A stretch of 64,000 nt of DNA from Octopus sinensis (GCF_006345805.1 NC_043023.1:9114001-9178000), one strand, 5' to 3'. Shown: positions 12,492 to 25,061, numbered from the stretch's first letter. Notes: generated by a model not told the origin, from the sequence alone. Translations and numbers: made by a program.

Positions 12492-13162
12492 TTTATTATT
12501 ATTTTTTATTTTTATTTTTATTTTTTATTTATTTAATTATATATTTATTTACATTTTTTATTATTTTTTTTATTTATTTTTATTTTTATTTATTTTTTAA
12601 TAAAATATATTATATTAAATATATATAACTATCAAAAAGTATCAAAAATTTAATAAAAGGTAAAAAACAAGTTATTTCGTGTGTGTGTTTGGTGTATGCA
12701 TGTATGTGAGTGTGCTCACGTGTGTGTGCCTGTGTGTGTGTGTACGTGCGTAGTAAACATTAAAGAACAGATATCCTAAAACATCACTATACGTGTTTCA
12801 ATAGCATGTTATTTCTCTCTAATATAATGTGTATTATATGTTACATTATGTAAACTCACATATAGGTGTGAGTGGATTTGGTAGACAGAAACTGAAAGAA
12901 GCCCGTCGTATATATGTTTATATATTAGCAATTGAGGATAAAATCTTTAAAATAAATTATCAGTAGTTAGCGTAAAAAACCTCGTAAGAGAAGAAATCCG
13001 TAAATTTTTCCACTTTGAAAATATTTATTTATATTATATTGAGGGTACTACTATTCGTAGATACCATACGCTAAGAGGGACCAATGCGGTCAAAACTACT
13101 AAAATAAACAAAATTTTACCGAATGCAAAACTTCAAAGCAAATCATTTACAAAAAGAATTTA

Positions 13163-13226
13163 GTTACATATCACCTGTGATTTCGCAATTAATGCAGAAT
13201 ATGCATTCCATGTTCATCAGTGCAAC
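13163..13226 (-). ncRNA. Type-I hammerhead motif (left arm of 13031-13651 fold-back)
   Basis: Reverse complement of 13456-13519. Confidence 0.78.
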
Positions 13227-13455
13227 AAACTCAAGATATATAAGAAAAAACATAACGTTACGAGCTCGATAGCCAACGGAATAGTTCAATACTGAATTTT
13301 TATTCCGAGTAAGCAATTTGTTATCGAAATGCATTGCGAATAAGCCCGCCATTTTCATAGATATGTAAAGATAAACATTCGTACATGCTACGACGAATTC
13401 TGCGGTTGGCTATCGAGCTCGTAACTTTATGTTTTTTCTTATATATCTTGAGTTT

Positions 13456-13519
13456 GTTGCACTGATGAACATGGAATGCATATTCTGCATTAATTGCGAA
13501 ATCACAGGTGATATGTAAC
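13456..13519 (+). ncRNA. Type-I hammerhead motif
   Basis: gttgca-CUGAUGA-..aatgca tattc tgcatt..-GAAA-tcac ag gtga-UA-tgtaac; stems I, II and III all pair; AUA triplet. Confidence 0.8.
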
Positions 13520-13662
13520 TAAATTCTTTTTTTAAATGATTTGCTTTGAAGTTTTGCATTCGGTAAAATTTTGTTTATTTTAGTAGTTTTGACCGCATTG
13601 GTCCCTCTTAGCGTATGGTATCTACGAATAGTAGTACCCTCAATATAATATATATATATATA

Positions 13663-13985
13663 GGCGCATGGTTCCGGGTTCAATCCCACTGCGTGGCACC
13701 TTAGGCAAGTGTCTTCTGCTATAGCCTCGGGCCGACCAAAGCCTTGTGAGTGGATTTGGTAGACGGAAATATATGTGTGTGTGTGCGTGTATGTAGGTGT
13801 GTCTGTGTTTATCCCCCTAGCATTGCTTGACAACCGATGATGGTGCGTCACTTAGCGGTTCGGCAAAAGGGACGGTAGAATAAGTACTGGGCTTACAAAA
13901 GAATAAGTCCCGGGGTCGAGTTGCTCGATTAAAGGCGGTGCTCCAGCATGGCCGCAGTCAAATGACTGAAACAAGTAGAAGGAAA
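13663..13985 (+). mobile_element. SINE family B
   Basis: Shared body with the copies at 33128, 35392 and 61203. Confidence 0.82.
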
Positions 13986-14392
13986 AGGAAGGATATCTAC
14001 ATTGTCGTGAATTCGATCCTTTATCTCGGATGATATCCAGCCATCGGGTAAAATAGAATCAATGTACGAAAAGAGAGATATTTATAAACAAACAATGAAA
14101 TAGGAATCTTCGAAATGGAATGGGGAGGTTAATGCCGGTGACGAATCAAACTGCATGATTTTAAAGGCAAATCAATTTATTTTATGATCAGTGAACGTCT
14201 TGTAGTAAACAGTACAGCTTCCAAAGGGACTGGCACCAAGGCGCCCACCAGAACACGTCTGCTCTTAAGATAACTGATCAGAAATACAATTCGTAGATTT
14301 TAGTGGCATATGTGAAATATATCGTACATATCCATATATATATATACACACACATATGCCAGATAGATATCCATTTAGCAATGTAGAAAATA

Positions 14393-14613
14393 AAGGCGGC
14401 GAGCTGGCAGAAACGTCAGCACGCCGGGCGAAATGCGTAGCCGTATTTCGTCTGCCGTTACGTTCTGACCTCAAATTCCGACCAGGTCGACTTTGCCTTT
14501 CATCCTTTCGGGATCGATAAATTAAGTACCAGTTACGCACTGGGGTCGATGTAATCGACTTAATCCGTTTGTCTGTCCCCTCTATGTTTAGCCCCTTGTG
14601 GGTAATAAAGAAA
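14393..14613 (+). mobile_element. SINE family A
   Basis: Matches 2345-2570. Confidence 0.88.
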
Positions 14614-14680
14614 CAAAAATGTAGAAAATGAAACCACAAAGATAATGCATAAATATACATAAAGCTATAGACCCACGTAC

Positions 14681-15161
14681 GGAGGCGCAATGGCCCAGTG
14701 GTTAGGATCTGAAGATCGCGGTTTCGATTCCCAGACCGGGCGTTGTGAGTGTTTATTGAGCGAAAACACCTAAAAGCTCCATGAGGACCCGGCAGGGGAT
14801 GGTGGTTACCCCTATTGTACTCTTTCGCCACAACTTTCTCTCACTCTTATTGAACGAAAACACCTAAAAGCTCCATGAGGACCCGGCAGGGGATGGTGGT
14901 GACCCCTATTGTACTCTTTCGCCACAACTTTCTCTCACTCTTATTGAACGAAAACACCTAAAAGCTCCATGAGGACCCGGCAGGGGATGGTGGTGACCCC
15001 TATTGTACTCTTTCGCCACAACTTTCTCTCGCTCTTTCTTCCTGTTTCTTGAGTAACGCTGCGATGGACTGGCGTCCCGTCCAGCAGGGGGAACACATAC
15101 GCCACAGAAACCGGAAAACCGGGTCCATGAGCCTGGTTACGCTTAAAAGGGCGACGTACGT
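14681..15161 (+). mobile_element. tRNA-Arg-like SINE (family C2) with internal 94-bp triplication
   Basis: 15-bp TSD tatagacccacgtac (14666 and 15162); repeat units start at 14756, 14850 and 14944. Confidence 0.87.
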
Positions 15162-15495
15162 TATAGACCCACGTACAATATATACACAACCGTGCAAACC
15201 TTTGACTGAAATGGAACTAAACAGTTCATCATTTTATATAAAGTTTCCTAGTTGCTCTGGAAAATATTCTTGAACCGCATTTGCTAATATCTTACAATAT
15301 ATCCCCGATAATCAATCACTTACAGCTAGTTTGTATATAAATTGCGTTGTTTATACTTCCTTCTTATGTAGTAATATTTTTCATGTGTGGAAAACCAGTT
15401 GATGACAATTGTTGCTATTTTTAAATTTTAAGTGCCAAAAATTATTTGTGTTTAAAAATCAATATTTTATATAATTGTTCTCATTATGTTTCTAG

Positions 15496-15548
15496 GTCCA
15501 AGCACCAGTAAGGAAACAAGAAATAAAACAGCAGAAACGGACTTATAA
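15496..15548 (+). CDS. adGPCR copy 1 probable terminal exon (S)PSTSKETRNKTAETDL*
   Basis: gtttctag acceptor; phase 1 matches the donor at 11430; Ser/Thr-rich tail ends at TAA; AATAAA hexamers downstream near 16455 and 16516. Confidence 0.7.
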
Positions 15549-16605
15549 ATGAAAATCAAGAAAATATCTTCAAGATTATATTTTGCGTCAAAAATCTAAA
15601 TGTTCTTATTAAGCATTTCTCCATTTAACTTAGCTTTATTTTTACCTCTCAATACAACACTATGTAATTAAGAGACTGTATAATCCGCAATAATATAATT
15701 TTCAACATGCTTACTTGTATGACTATGCAGAAAACCTGAAGAACTTGCTTGATTTCAAAGGCAGTAACTATACTCTAGCAGCCAATTTCATATTTACTAT
15801 TTTACATTCTCAATATAATCTATAATATACAATATAATATATAATATAATATACAATATATATAATATAATCTATAATATACAAAGAGTCTCCTTTGTTC
15901 CCAATTTTCTTCAAAAAACTAAATTTACTTCTTATATTACATTAAACAATTTTCAATATTTATACATTTAACCTTTATTGATAATACAATACCGTTCAGC
16001 TAAAATACTGTATAATCCGTAATAATGTTATTTTAAACAAATCTAAGTGCATAACTCTTGGCTGAAACGCAGAAAACCTGAAAAACATGCTGCATTTCAA
16101 CGGCAGTAAATATATTCTAGCTACCAATTACATATTTACGTTTTTACTTTATCGGATATTCTATAATGTGTGTGTCTGTCGGTTCACGATTCACCTTTGA
16201 TCATATTTTGCTTCAAAACACTAAATTTTCTTCTAATATTATATCAAACATACTTCCATCTAACGTAGCTTTATTTTTGCCTATTGATACAACGCTACGC
16301 AACTATGAGATTATAATCTGCAATGATGTAATTTTAAACGAGGCTACGTACCTGACTTTTGAAAATCTTCCCGCAATTTAAAATCTTTCCATATTTTCTA
16401 GTTGTAACATTCATTATTGCCTTCCTTTTCAATGTAATATTTAAATTCTTCTGAATAAAGTGGTTTCTTACTACAACTTTTCGGAAATTCAGCTTTATCT
16501 ATAACTATAAAACTAATAAATTTAGATTTAATATGAATCTGTCTTACAATGTTTATTTCTCCTGAATAACCAAGTTATTTTTGTACATTTTCCCTATCAT
16601 TATCT

Positions 16606-16862
16606 TTTATCGTTGACTGGATTCAGTCATCAGACTGTGGCCATGTGTGGGCATGCATGAAAGACATTTCAACGAACGAATCGACCGAATAACAACTTTC
16701 ATTAAGACTGGCACTTCTAACAGTTTATGTTTGCCAAACCTCAAATTTATGGGGCCATAAACACACCAACACCAATTCTCAAGCTCTGGCCAGGGCAGAA
16801 ACACATAAGCACGCACACAGACATACATACACACACACAGACACACACACAAACATACACAG

Positions 16863-16904
<42 letters not shown>

Positions 16905-17062
16905 ATGCAATTAGTTTGTTTCGGCTTCCATCTACCAAATCTGCTCCGAAGGCTTTGGTCGGCCGGGGGCTATAGAAGAGAGTTGTCCCCAAAACTGCCG
17001 TGGGACTGAACTCGACACCGTGTGGCTGGGAAGCAAACTTCTTACCACACGACCACACCCTG
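16606..17062 (-). mobile_element. SINE family B-related, degenerate
   Basis: Reverse head (ggtaagaagtttgcttcccagccacacgg..gagttcagtccc) and internal (CA)n. Confidence 0.7.
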
Positions 17063-17251
17063 GCTTCTAAACGAAATATTAATTAATGCTGCATTACCAA
17101 ACTTCACTAATTTAGATATACTACGCTAATTAGACCATCTATGAAGACGTAGAGAGCCAAATACATAGAGATACAAAAAGGGGAAAAAAGAGAGAGAACA
17201 GATAAAATATTAGATAATCTGATCGGTAACCAGATATACAGAGAGACAAAT

Positions 17252-17322
<71 letters not shown>

Positions 17323-17556
17323 TTATATATGAGGATAATATCGATATTTAAATATCCATATTATCAAGTGGCCAGCATGGGAAAAATACCGTACAAAGGT
17401 AATAATTTTTAACAATTAAAAATGAGGGTGTCTAAGAGACACCAACATGCCGAAATAGCAGTCGAAACTCTGACTATAAAAACCACGTTAAGGGTTCGTG
17501 TCGCACCATGAGATAAGACAGAGGGACAAAATATACAAGCAAAAATTATTGAATAA

Positions 17557-17613
17557 TTCAAGATCCAGGATTTCTGGTTTTGCTTTAAATAAGCTTTACC
17601 GTCATCGGTTGAA
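17557..17613 (-). ncRNA. Type-I hammerhead-like motif, U4C core variant (left arm)
   Basis: Reverse complement of 17670-17726. Confidence 0.65.
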
Positions 17614-17669
17614 TATATCAAGAGTACATAAATATTTATTTATTTATGTATTTATGTACTCTTGATATA

Positions 17670-17726
17670 TTCAACCGATGACGGTAAAGCTTATTTAAAG
17701 CAAAACCAGAAATCCTGGATCTTGAA
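17670..17726 (+). ncRNA. Type-I hammerhead-like motif, U4C core variant
   Basis: ttcaa-CCGAUGA-cggt..gctt attt a aagc..acca-GAAA-tcctgga-UC-ttgaa. Confidence 0.65.
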
Positions 17727-17861
17727 TTATTCAATAATTTTTGCTTGTATATTTTGTCCCTCTGTCTTATCTCATGGTGCGACACGAACCCTTAACGTGG
17801 TTTTTATAGTCAGAGTTTCGACTGCTATTTCGGCATGTTGGTGTCTCTTAGACACCCTCAT

Positions 17862-17972
<111 letters not shown>

Positions 17973-17974
17973 AT

Positions 17975-20585
17975 TATGTCAGGTCGCTCTAGAGTGCTAC
18001 TGGTAACATGTAATCCAGTACAACCTGTTGCATGGTCGGGACGTCGGCGACTAAACTGACAACCCCACCAGGCCACCCTCAAGATTGTCCAGACCTATGC
18101 TCCCACAAGTGCCAGCGACGACGACGAGGTGGAAGAATTCTATCGACAACTAGACAAAGGGCTGGCTATGAAGTCCACTTACACTGTCGTGATGGGAGCC
18201 TTCAACGCAAAGGTTGGACATGGACAAGGAGAGGAATACGTCGGGAGATTTGGCATGGGAGAGAGAAACGAGAGAGGAGAACGTTTGGCTACCATTGCAG
18301 AGGCGAGGCAGCTCTACATGGGAAAAAGCCTATTCAGGAAGAGGGAGAGGAAGAGATGGACTTGGATATCGCCGAACTCTAAGCACCGAAGCGAGATCGA
18401 CTACATCCTGGTTGATAAGCGACGCATATTGCATGACGTCTCCGTCGTGACGCCATTCAACACCGGCAGCGATCATCGTCTGGCAAGGGCGAGGGTCGTC
18501 ATCGACGAGAAGAGGGAGAAGATGGCGTTATATTTGGCGTCGAAGGGAAAACGTGTCCGAGTCTACAACGAGGCAAAGCTGCAGGAAGCCATCATGCAGG
18601 AAGACTGGTGCCAAGGAGACGACATAGACGATGACTACAACTCACTGATAGGGAAACTAAAGGAGTGTTTAAGGAAGGCTAAGGGCGTATGCCCAAGAGA
18701 AAAGAAGGGAAGAATCTCGGAAGAAACTACGAAGTTACTCGAGAATAGGAAAAATATGAAGAGGACTATTGAAGATCACCTTGAATATTCCATTCTCAGC
18801 AGAGTGATTCGTCAGCAACTAAAGAAAGACTTTGAGGCATACCGGATGGAGAAGCTCTTGAAGGCCGCAGAAGAAAAGAAGAGCCTCAAGAAATGCAAGA
18901 GGGACATGGTACTATATAGATCGGAGGTGACGGCCCTGAAAAACACAGATGGAATACCGGTCAACGAGAAGAGCGAGATGGAAAAAGTTTGTGAAGACTT
19001 CTACACCAAGCTCTTTAAGTCTGCCAGAAATGTCCAGCCGTTACCACCACTCCAACAGGAAGAAAACGTGCCACCTATCCTTGTCAGTGAGGTTGAAAGA
19101 GCCATCGGCTCGATGAAAAACGGAAAGGCTCCAGGGAAAGACAGTATAACATCGGAGGAGCTAAAGTCAGGCAGAGAGCAGGTCTGGAAAATCCTCGCTG
19201 AGCGATTTGCGCACTATCTAGACGAGGGAAAAATTCCCTCGCAGTGGAAAGAGTCAAATACCATCCTGCTGTATAAGAAGGGCGACAGAGAAGATCTAAA
19301 GAACAACCGACCCATATGCCTGCTGTCTCACGTGTACAAGCTGTTCACGAAGATAATTCTGAACAGGTTGTCACGTCGTCTCGACGAACAACAACCGAGG
19401 GAGCAAGCAGGCTTCCGGAAGAACTACAGCACAATGGACCATATATTTGCTCTAACGCAACTGCTTGAGCGAGCAAATGAGTACAAGCTGCCTCTTTGCG
19501 TTGCGTTTATAGATTATGAGAAGGCCTTCGATAGCGTCGAAACCAACGCAGTGCTGAACTCGCTGCAGAGGCAAGGAATCGAAGCGCAATATGTGCAGCT
19601 GCACAGAGAGGCAAATTCCGGATGCACCACCGACATAGCTCTACTGTCATCACCCATACGAGTGTCGGTCGAGAAGGGAGTGAAGCAAGGAGATACAATC
19701 TCCCCAAAACGTTTCACTGCATGTCTCGAACGAATCATCAGAGGCATCGAATGGCAAGGTGGTGTCAACATCAATGGCGAGCTCCTCACTCACCTCCGTT
19801 TCGCTGACGACATCGTACTCATCGCTGAAAACATGGATCAGCTTCAGACCATGCTGACGGAGCTCGACATCAAAAGTTCTGCAGTAGGTCCCAAGATGAA
19901 CCGCATGAAAACAAAGTTCATGCGGTCAGACAATGTACCAACAGATCGAATGGTGATCGGCAGTGATGAAATAGAGGAGGTGAGAGAATATGTCTACCTG
20001 GGACAGGAAGTAAATATGTGCCGGGATATCAAAAAGGAGATCTCACGGAGAGTAAGGGCCGGATGGAAGGCGTTCAATGGCATAAGGGATGTGCTCAAGG
20101 GAAGGTTGGACAGAACCACCCGCGCCAACCTCATTAACAGTGCAGTACTGCCTGCAATGTTATATGGTACTGAAACAAGGGCTACCACAAAGAGAGAAGA
20201 GCAAAGACTGGTAACGGCTCAAAGAGCCATGGAAAGGTCAATGCTTGGTATCTCGCTGAGAGAGCACATACGTAGCAAGATCATCAGAAAGAAGTCCTGC
20301 GTGAGGGATCTCATCGCAAAGTATACACGCAGCAAGTATAGATGGGCTGGACACGTCGCCCGGCTCACCGATAATCGGTGGACGCACGCAGTTTCCGAGT
20401 GGTAGCCGCGTGAGCGGAAAAGACCACCCGGAAGAGCTCCACGACGGTGGAGTTACGATTTCAGGAGGACGATTGGGATCACGTGGATGAGAAAGCCGCG
20501 ATCCAGAGAGGAGTGGACAGCTTGCTGTGACCAGCGGTGTCAAATGGACGTCTGACGGACTGGTCAGTCAATTTGATCAAAGTGA
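17975..20585 (+). mobile_element. RTE-clade non-LTR retrotransposon, 5' endonuclease region deleted or truncated
   Basis: ORF 18129..20405 carries the APE C-terminal half (YAPT just upstream in frame, GxFNAKVG, EIDYIL, GSDHRL) and RT (KAPGKD, EQAGFRK, DYEKAFDSV, GVKQGDTISP, LRFADD, YVYLG). The frame continues past one TAG to 20555 (KRPPGRAPRRW); short gatcaaagtga tail. Confidence 0.92.
18129..20405 (+). CDS. RTE endonuclease/reverse transcriptase ORF (758 aa, partial, premature TAG near C-terminus)
   Basis: ORF track; APE and RT motifs as listed for the element. Confidence 0.88.
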   Translation: MEEFYRQLDKGLAMKSTYTVVMGAFNAKVGHGQGEEYVGRFGMGERNERGERLATIAEARQLYMGKSLFRKRERKRWTWISPNSKHRSEIDYILVDKRRILHDVSVVTPFNTGSDHRLARARVVIDEKREKMALYLASKGKRVRVYNEAKLQEAIMQEDWCQGDDIDDDYNSLIGKLKECLRKAKGVCPREKKGRISEETTKLLENRKNMKRTIEDHLEYSILSRVIRQQLKKDFEAYRMEKLLKAAEEKKSLKKCKRDMVLYRSEVTALKNTDGIPVNEKSEMEKVCEDFYTKLFKSARNVQPLPPLQQEENVPPILVSEVERAIGSMKNGKAPGKDSITSEELKSGREQVWKILAERFAHYLDEGKIPSQWKESNTILLYKKGDREDLKNNRPICLLSHVYKLFTKIILNRLSRRLDEQQPREQAGFRKNYSTMDHIFALTQLLERANEYKLPLCVAFIDYEKAFDSVETNAVLNSLQRQGIEAQYVQLHREANSGCTTDIALLSSPIRVSVEKGVKQGDTISPKRFTACLERIIRGIEWQGGVNINGELLTHLRFADDIVLIAENMDQLQTMLTELDIKSSAVGPKMNRMKTKFMRSDNVPTDRMVIGSDEIEEVREYVYLGQEVNMCRDIKKEISRRVRAGWKAFNGIRDVLKGRLDRTTRANLINSAVLPAMLYGTETRATTKREEQRLVTAQRAMERSMLGISLREHIRSKIIRKKSCVRDLIAKYTRSKYRWAGHVARLTDNRWTHAVSEW

Positions 20586-20717
20586 TATATATTAATAAAA
20601 GGGATTCTAACCTTGTCTGATTTTCACGTTTTATTTACAATCTTATAATGATATAATAAAATAAAATAATATAATATAATAAAATAAAATAATAGAATGT
20701 TAAATGTTCATTCTGAT

Positions 20718-20762
20718 TGAACTAGTACTTTCATGCATTAAATTCTGCAATCTTCAGGTTCA
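20718..20762 (-). ncRNA. Hammerhead motif in 3' pLTR of left PLE arm
   Basis: Identical core to 25062-25106 on the reverse strand. Confidence 0.78.
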
Positions 20763-23700
20763 TGTAGTAGTGGTGACAGTTATGCTTCACAATTTTTGAC
20801 TGTAGCGAGATGATTAAATCTGTGCCTTAAATACAGCTGTGTAGGTTCCAGATTGCTAGGTTTTGATAACTGTATTCTAACCAATCAGTGTGTAGTATCA
20901 CTCAATTACTTAAGCTGATTGGTTGGTTGAGCTGATTGGTTTAGGCGTCACGCTTTGTTGAACATGTCAAGAGTCCTGTATCTTAACCCTGGCCGAGGCA
21001 GCAATTGTTGGGCTATTTTTAGAAATGTTGTAAATAGCCTTTGTCAGGGATTTCTATATTTCAATTGTCATCATTATCTTCGTCAGCACCTTAATTATTG
21101 TTGCTAGTGGTGATGGTGGTGGTAATAGAACTTTTAACCCTAAATAAGATAATTTTCCTGCTATCTTCATCTTGATCACCTTTAGTATTGTTGTTGTTGT
21201 TAGTGGTCATGGTCGTAGCAGTAGAAGTAGTACCTCTAAGTATTATTATTACTGCTTATTTAGCTTGGGTTCGAATTTATCAATAAAATTCTTTTCTCTG
21301 ATTTTCCTCTCGATTTCACTTGGGCTGTGTAATTTGTAGAATGGAAATATTATATATATTTTCCGACCACATGTTGCTAGGTGGTTACTCAAAGGTATCT
21401 GACGGAGCTCTGGGTCTCTAATCTGTTGTCGGTGTACACGTGAGCGTTCTGATAGTGCATTTCCCGTCGGACCTACATATATTTCTTCACAATTTGGGCA
21501 TTTGATGCAGTAAATTAAATTTTTGCTTTTGCAGTTCATATTCGCGTTTCTGAATATTTTCCCGGTTTTTGTGTTTATATGTTGGCCGGTATGTATGAAT
21601 TGACATGTGCTACATCGGCTATCATTGCATTTAGATACAGTGAATGTTTGGTCTTTGTTGCTAAGGTCAAATTTTGCCTTTGTTAGTAATTGTTTCAAGT
21701 TTTTAGGCTGTCTTTTACTAAGAACAATAGCTCGATCCGTGATTATATCTTTTAATTCATTACTTTGAGCAATGATTGGTAGGTTTGCTTTGGCAATGTT
21801 GAAGATATTCTGGTGACATGGGTTGTGTGTCACTATGAATGGTATGACTTGTTCTTGTTTTCCTCTTCCTTGGGTTGTCCTAAGTTGTTGTATGGGTATT
21901 TTTATAGCCCGCTGTATGCCATTTTCTATAAGTAGAGATGGGTATTTTTGTTTGAGCAAAAATTCTCTTAGTTCTGTTAGGCGTTTGTTCCTGATATTTG
22001 CATCTTCTACAATGGTACAAATTCTTCTGGTTAGGCAGTATGGGATGTTACGTTTTGTATGTGGTGGATGTCACGACTTAAAATTCAGTTATTGATGTGT
22101 GTCTGTGTGTTTATAGTATATATCTGTGGTGATGGTGGTGTCCTTTTTAATTACCATTATATCTATGAATGGTAATTTGGTACTACTCATCTCCTTTGTA
22201 AATTGGAGAGATGGGTGTAGGTTGTTCAGGAGGATATTGAACTCTTCCAGAGTATTTAGAGATTCTGTCCAGATTATGCAGCAGTCGTCAAGGTATCTCT
22301 TCCATGCCTTTTCAATATACTTTCTAAATCCAGTGCCATAGTTTACCTCCACCTCTTGGTAGAGTTGTTGTTCTAAGTATCCAATTACAGAGTTGGCGTA
22401 AACGGGAGCAAACCTCGTTCCCATCGCCGTGCCTCTAATTTGGATGTAATTCTTTCCATTGAAGAAGAACGTGTTGTTTTCTAGAATAAGTTTGACTGTG
22501 TCTAATATAAATGGCACTGTGAATCTGCTGGGAATCACTTCTCTATGTTTTTCTAACCAGTATTTAATCGCCTTTATTCCTAAATCGTGTGGAATATTGG
22601 TGTAGAGGCTTACCACATCAAAACTTAGTAAAACTGAATTTGTTTCTGTTGTTTTGGGAAGATGGGACAAGAAGTCGATGTCATCCCTGATGAAACTGGG
22701 TAAGTACATAGTGGTTTCAAAACAATGTCAATAAAATTGATTAGACGGTGGGTAGGGCATGCTGGACCAGCTATGATAGGTCTAAGTTTTAGGTCTTTTG
22801 GATGTAGTAATTTTATGTACTCACTTTCTTGTTCTTTTACTGCCTGTTTAATATCTTTTGATTTATGTATTTTCGGTAAGCCGTAGAAGTTGCTGGGTTT
22901 TGGTTCGAAATTGGTGATGTAGTCTCTTTCATTATCGGTAAGTGAGTTGTAGTGTTTTGGAATCAGGTTGTTGATCTTTTTCATGATGTGGTGGTCTATA
23001 TTTGAGGGTATTTCACAATAGAAAGTTGTGTCCTTCAGTTGGTCCTCAACCAATTCCTTATAGTATTCGGTATCCATAATAACAATTGCACCACCTTTAT
23101 CTGCTTGTTTTATTATTATTGTTTGATCGTTTTGTATACGTTTACATGCAGACATCTCTGATTTGCTAATGTTTGGCCTAACATTGGTATTGCGTCTAAG
23201 GGGAAATTTAGACAGGATATCAATGTATTGGTCAAAATAGTTATTTCTTCCTTTTGGTGGGGTGAAATTTGATTTATTCCTTACTAGGGATTCATCAATC
23301 TCATTACTTTTGTTAGCGAAGAATTCTACAAGTCGTAATTTTCGACAGAATTTTTGGATAGCCTCCTTTAATTCTTGGTGGTTGGCTGTTGGTGTAGGTG
23401 TGAATTTCAGTCCTTTTGACAGAAGTTGGATTTCATCATTGTCAAGATCTCTTTTTGATAAATTAATTATTTTAGGATCTATACGTTCAGTTGTTTTGGG
23501 TATGTTTCCTCTTGGATTTTTTCTTTCTCCGGTGTTTGTTGTCCTGACGTAAAAAAATGGATTTTTTCCCGTTTATGATTTATATTCCTGTTGATGTTTG
23601 CTTGATGAATTTTGCGTTTTGGTTGTGGTATTTTACCTGGTTTCGTTATGTTTTCTGTCTTGCTTTTCGTATTATGTATATTATTTTATATTATTTTTCA

Positions 23701-24962
23701 CTTTCTTGTTAGTATTGTTTTTAACCACCTGGGGAAATGATCTGGGTTTACTTCCAGATCTAGATCGGTTCTTTGTCCAGTTTCTTGTGGGTAATCTCTG
23801 TTGAGGTCTTGAAAATGATCTCCTGTTATTTCTACTGCTAATGGTCTGATCAAAAGAATATCTATTTTGTTTGTGCTTTTTGTTCATGTTGTGTGCATTA
23901 GGGTGTTTGCATACAAAAAGGGAAGAGTTCTTACCGTAGTTCGTCTTCGATTCGTGGTGAAACGGGTGTTCATGTTGCCACGTATTCTGGCCTATGTTGC
24001 GTTGGTGAGGTTGTCCACTTTTAATGCTATTTCTCAGAGTTCTGGTGACTTTACCGTAATTTGTAGCATATTTGTCGAGAAATAATTGTTTCCGATGCCA
24101 AAACTTTCTTGATCTGCTTTCTTCTTTTGAGATATCTCTGGTCCATAGTTCTCGCATTTTTCCTGCTATATTGCCGGTCGCTAGTTTGGATATTTCGTCT
24201 CTGATTTGATCATCGATAGCTTCGTATTTGGCTTTGTAGCGGAATTGTTTAGACAGGGTAATGGAGATGTCGGTCCTGAATTTTATCAAACTAAGGTCCC
24301 ATCGAAGTTTTGTTCTTTCCTCTGGTTCTCCTGCAATATCATTAATTAGGTACTTCCGAGGAAGTATGGGTGCCGCTAAAGATATCCATTCCGAATGTAT
24401 TTCAGCATATTTTTCGCATTTATATGCCTTCCACAAGTTTTGTTTTCTTATGTTAAGGAGTTTTTTTCCATGTCTTCCGTATCTCTTCTCTTTTTCGGTG
24501 TGCCTCTTTTTCCAGATTTCTTCCGTTTATTTCTGACATTCAAGGAGGTTGTGGTAGGCTTTCTCTTGTTGGTATCATTTCAGCTAAATTCTTAATTTCA
24601 GAGTTTATATGTTCATTTCCAAGTTTTCCGCCTGTAGACTGTTTTTCTATTTCCTTTAGAATAGAGGATTGTGTGTCAATCATCGTGATGAGTGTTGATA
24701 ATTTCGATGAAATTTCCATTAGAATTCTTTCTGATTCTGTTAATTTTGTTTGTTGCTTTCCAGACATGTTGGCATATACACAATAGGAATATAGATATAT
24801 ATATATACGGGTGTGTGTGATTGTGTATAGAAGAATATATTAATAAAAGGAATTCCAACCTTGTCTGATTTTCACGTTTTATTTACAATCTTATAATGAT
24901 ATAATATTAAATAATATAATATAATAAAATAAAATAATAGAATGTTAAATGTTCATTCTGAT

Positions 24963-25007
24963 TGAACTAGTACTTTCATGCATTAAATTCTGCAATCTTC
25001 AGGTTCA
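24963..25007 (-). ncRNA. Hammerhead motif in 5' pLTR of left PLE arm
   Basis: Exact reverse complement of 25062-25106. Confidence 0.78.
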
Positions 25008-25061
25008 TGTAGTAGTGGTGACAGTTATGATATAATATAAGATAATGTCACCACTACTACA

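Larger units (their letters stand above)
13031..13651. repeat. Inverted duplication: arms 13031-13277 and 13405-13651, 127-bp spacer
   Basis: Near-perfect reverse complement (coordinates sum to 26682). Confidence 0.95.
20586..25023 (-). mobile_element. Penelope-like element (Neptune-type), left arm of palindrome
   Basis: RT fragments 22089..23155 (ADKGGAIV, KIHK, FDVVSLYTNI, GTAMG, RYLDD); GIY-YIG 21249..21959 with Cys-rich CxxxRCxTC and CPxC; ~200-bp direct terminal repeats (pLTR) at both ends. Confidence 0.93.

Noticed and set aside
12140-12700. Remnant related to the 29600 element with a GAAA-containing half motif on the minus strand
   Set aside because: Too degraded to call a ribozyme; noted only as a family fragment.
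14756-15035. Regularly spaced repeats that could be mistaken for a CRISPR-like array
   Set aside because: Contiguous 94-bp tandem units inside a SINE with no unique spacers; eukaryotic context.
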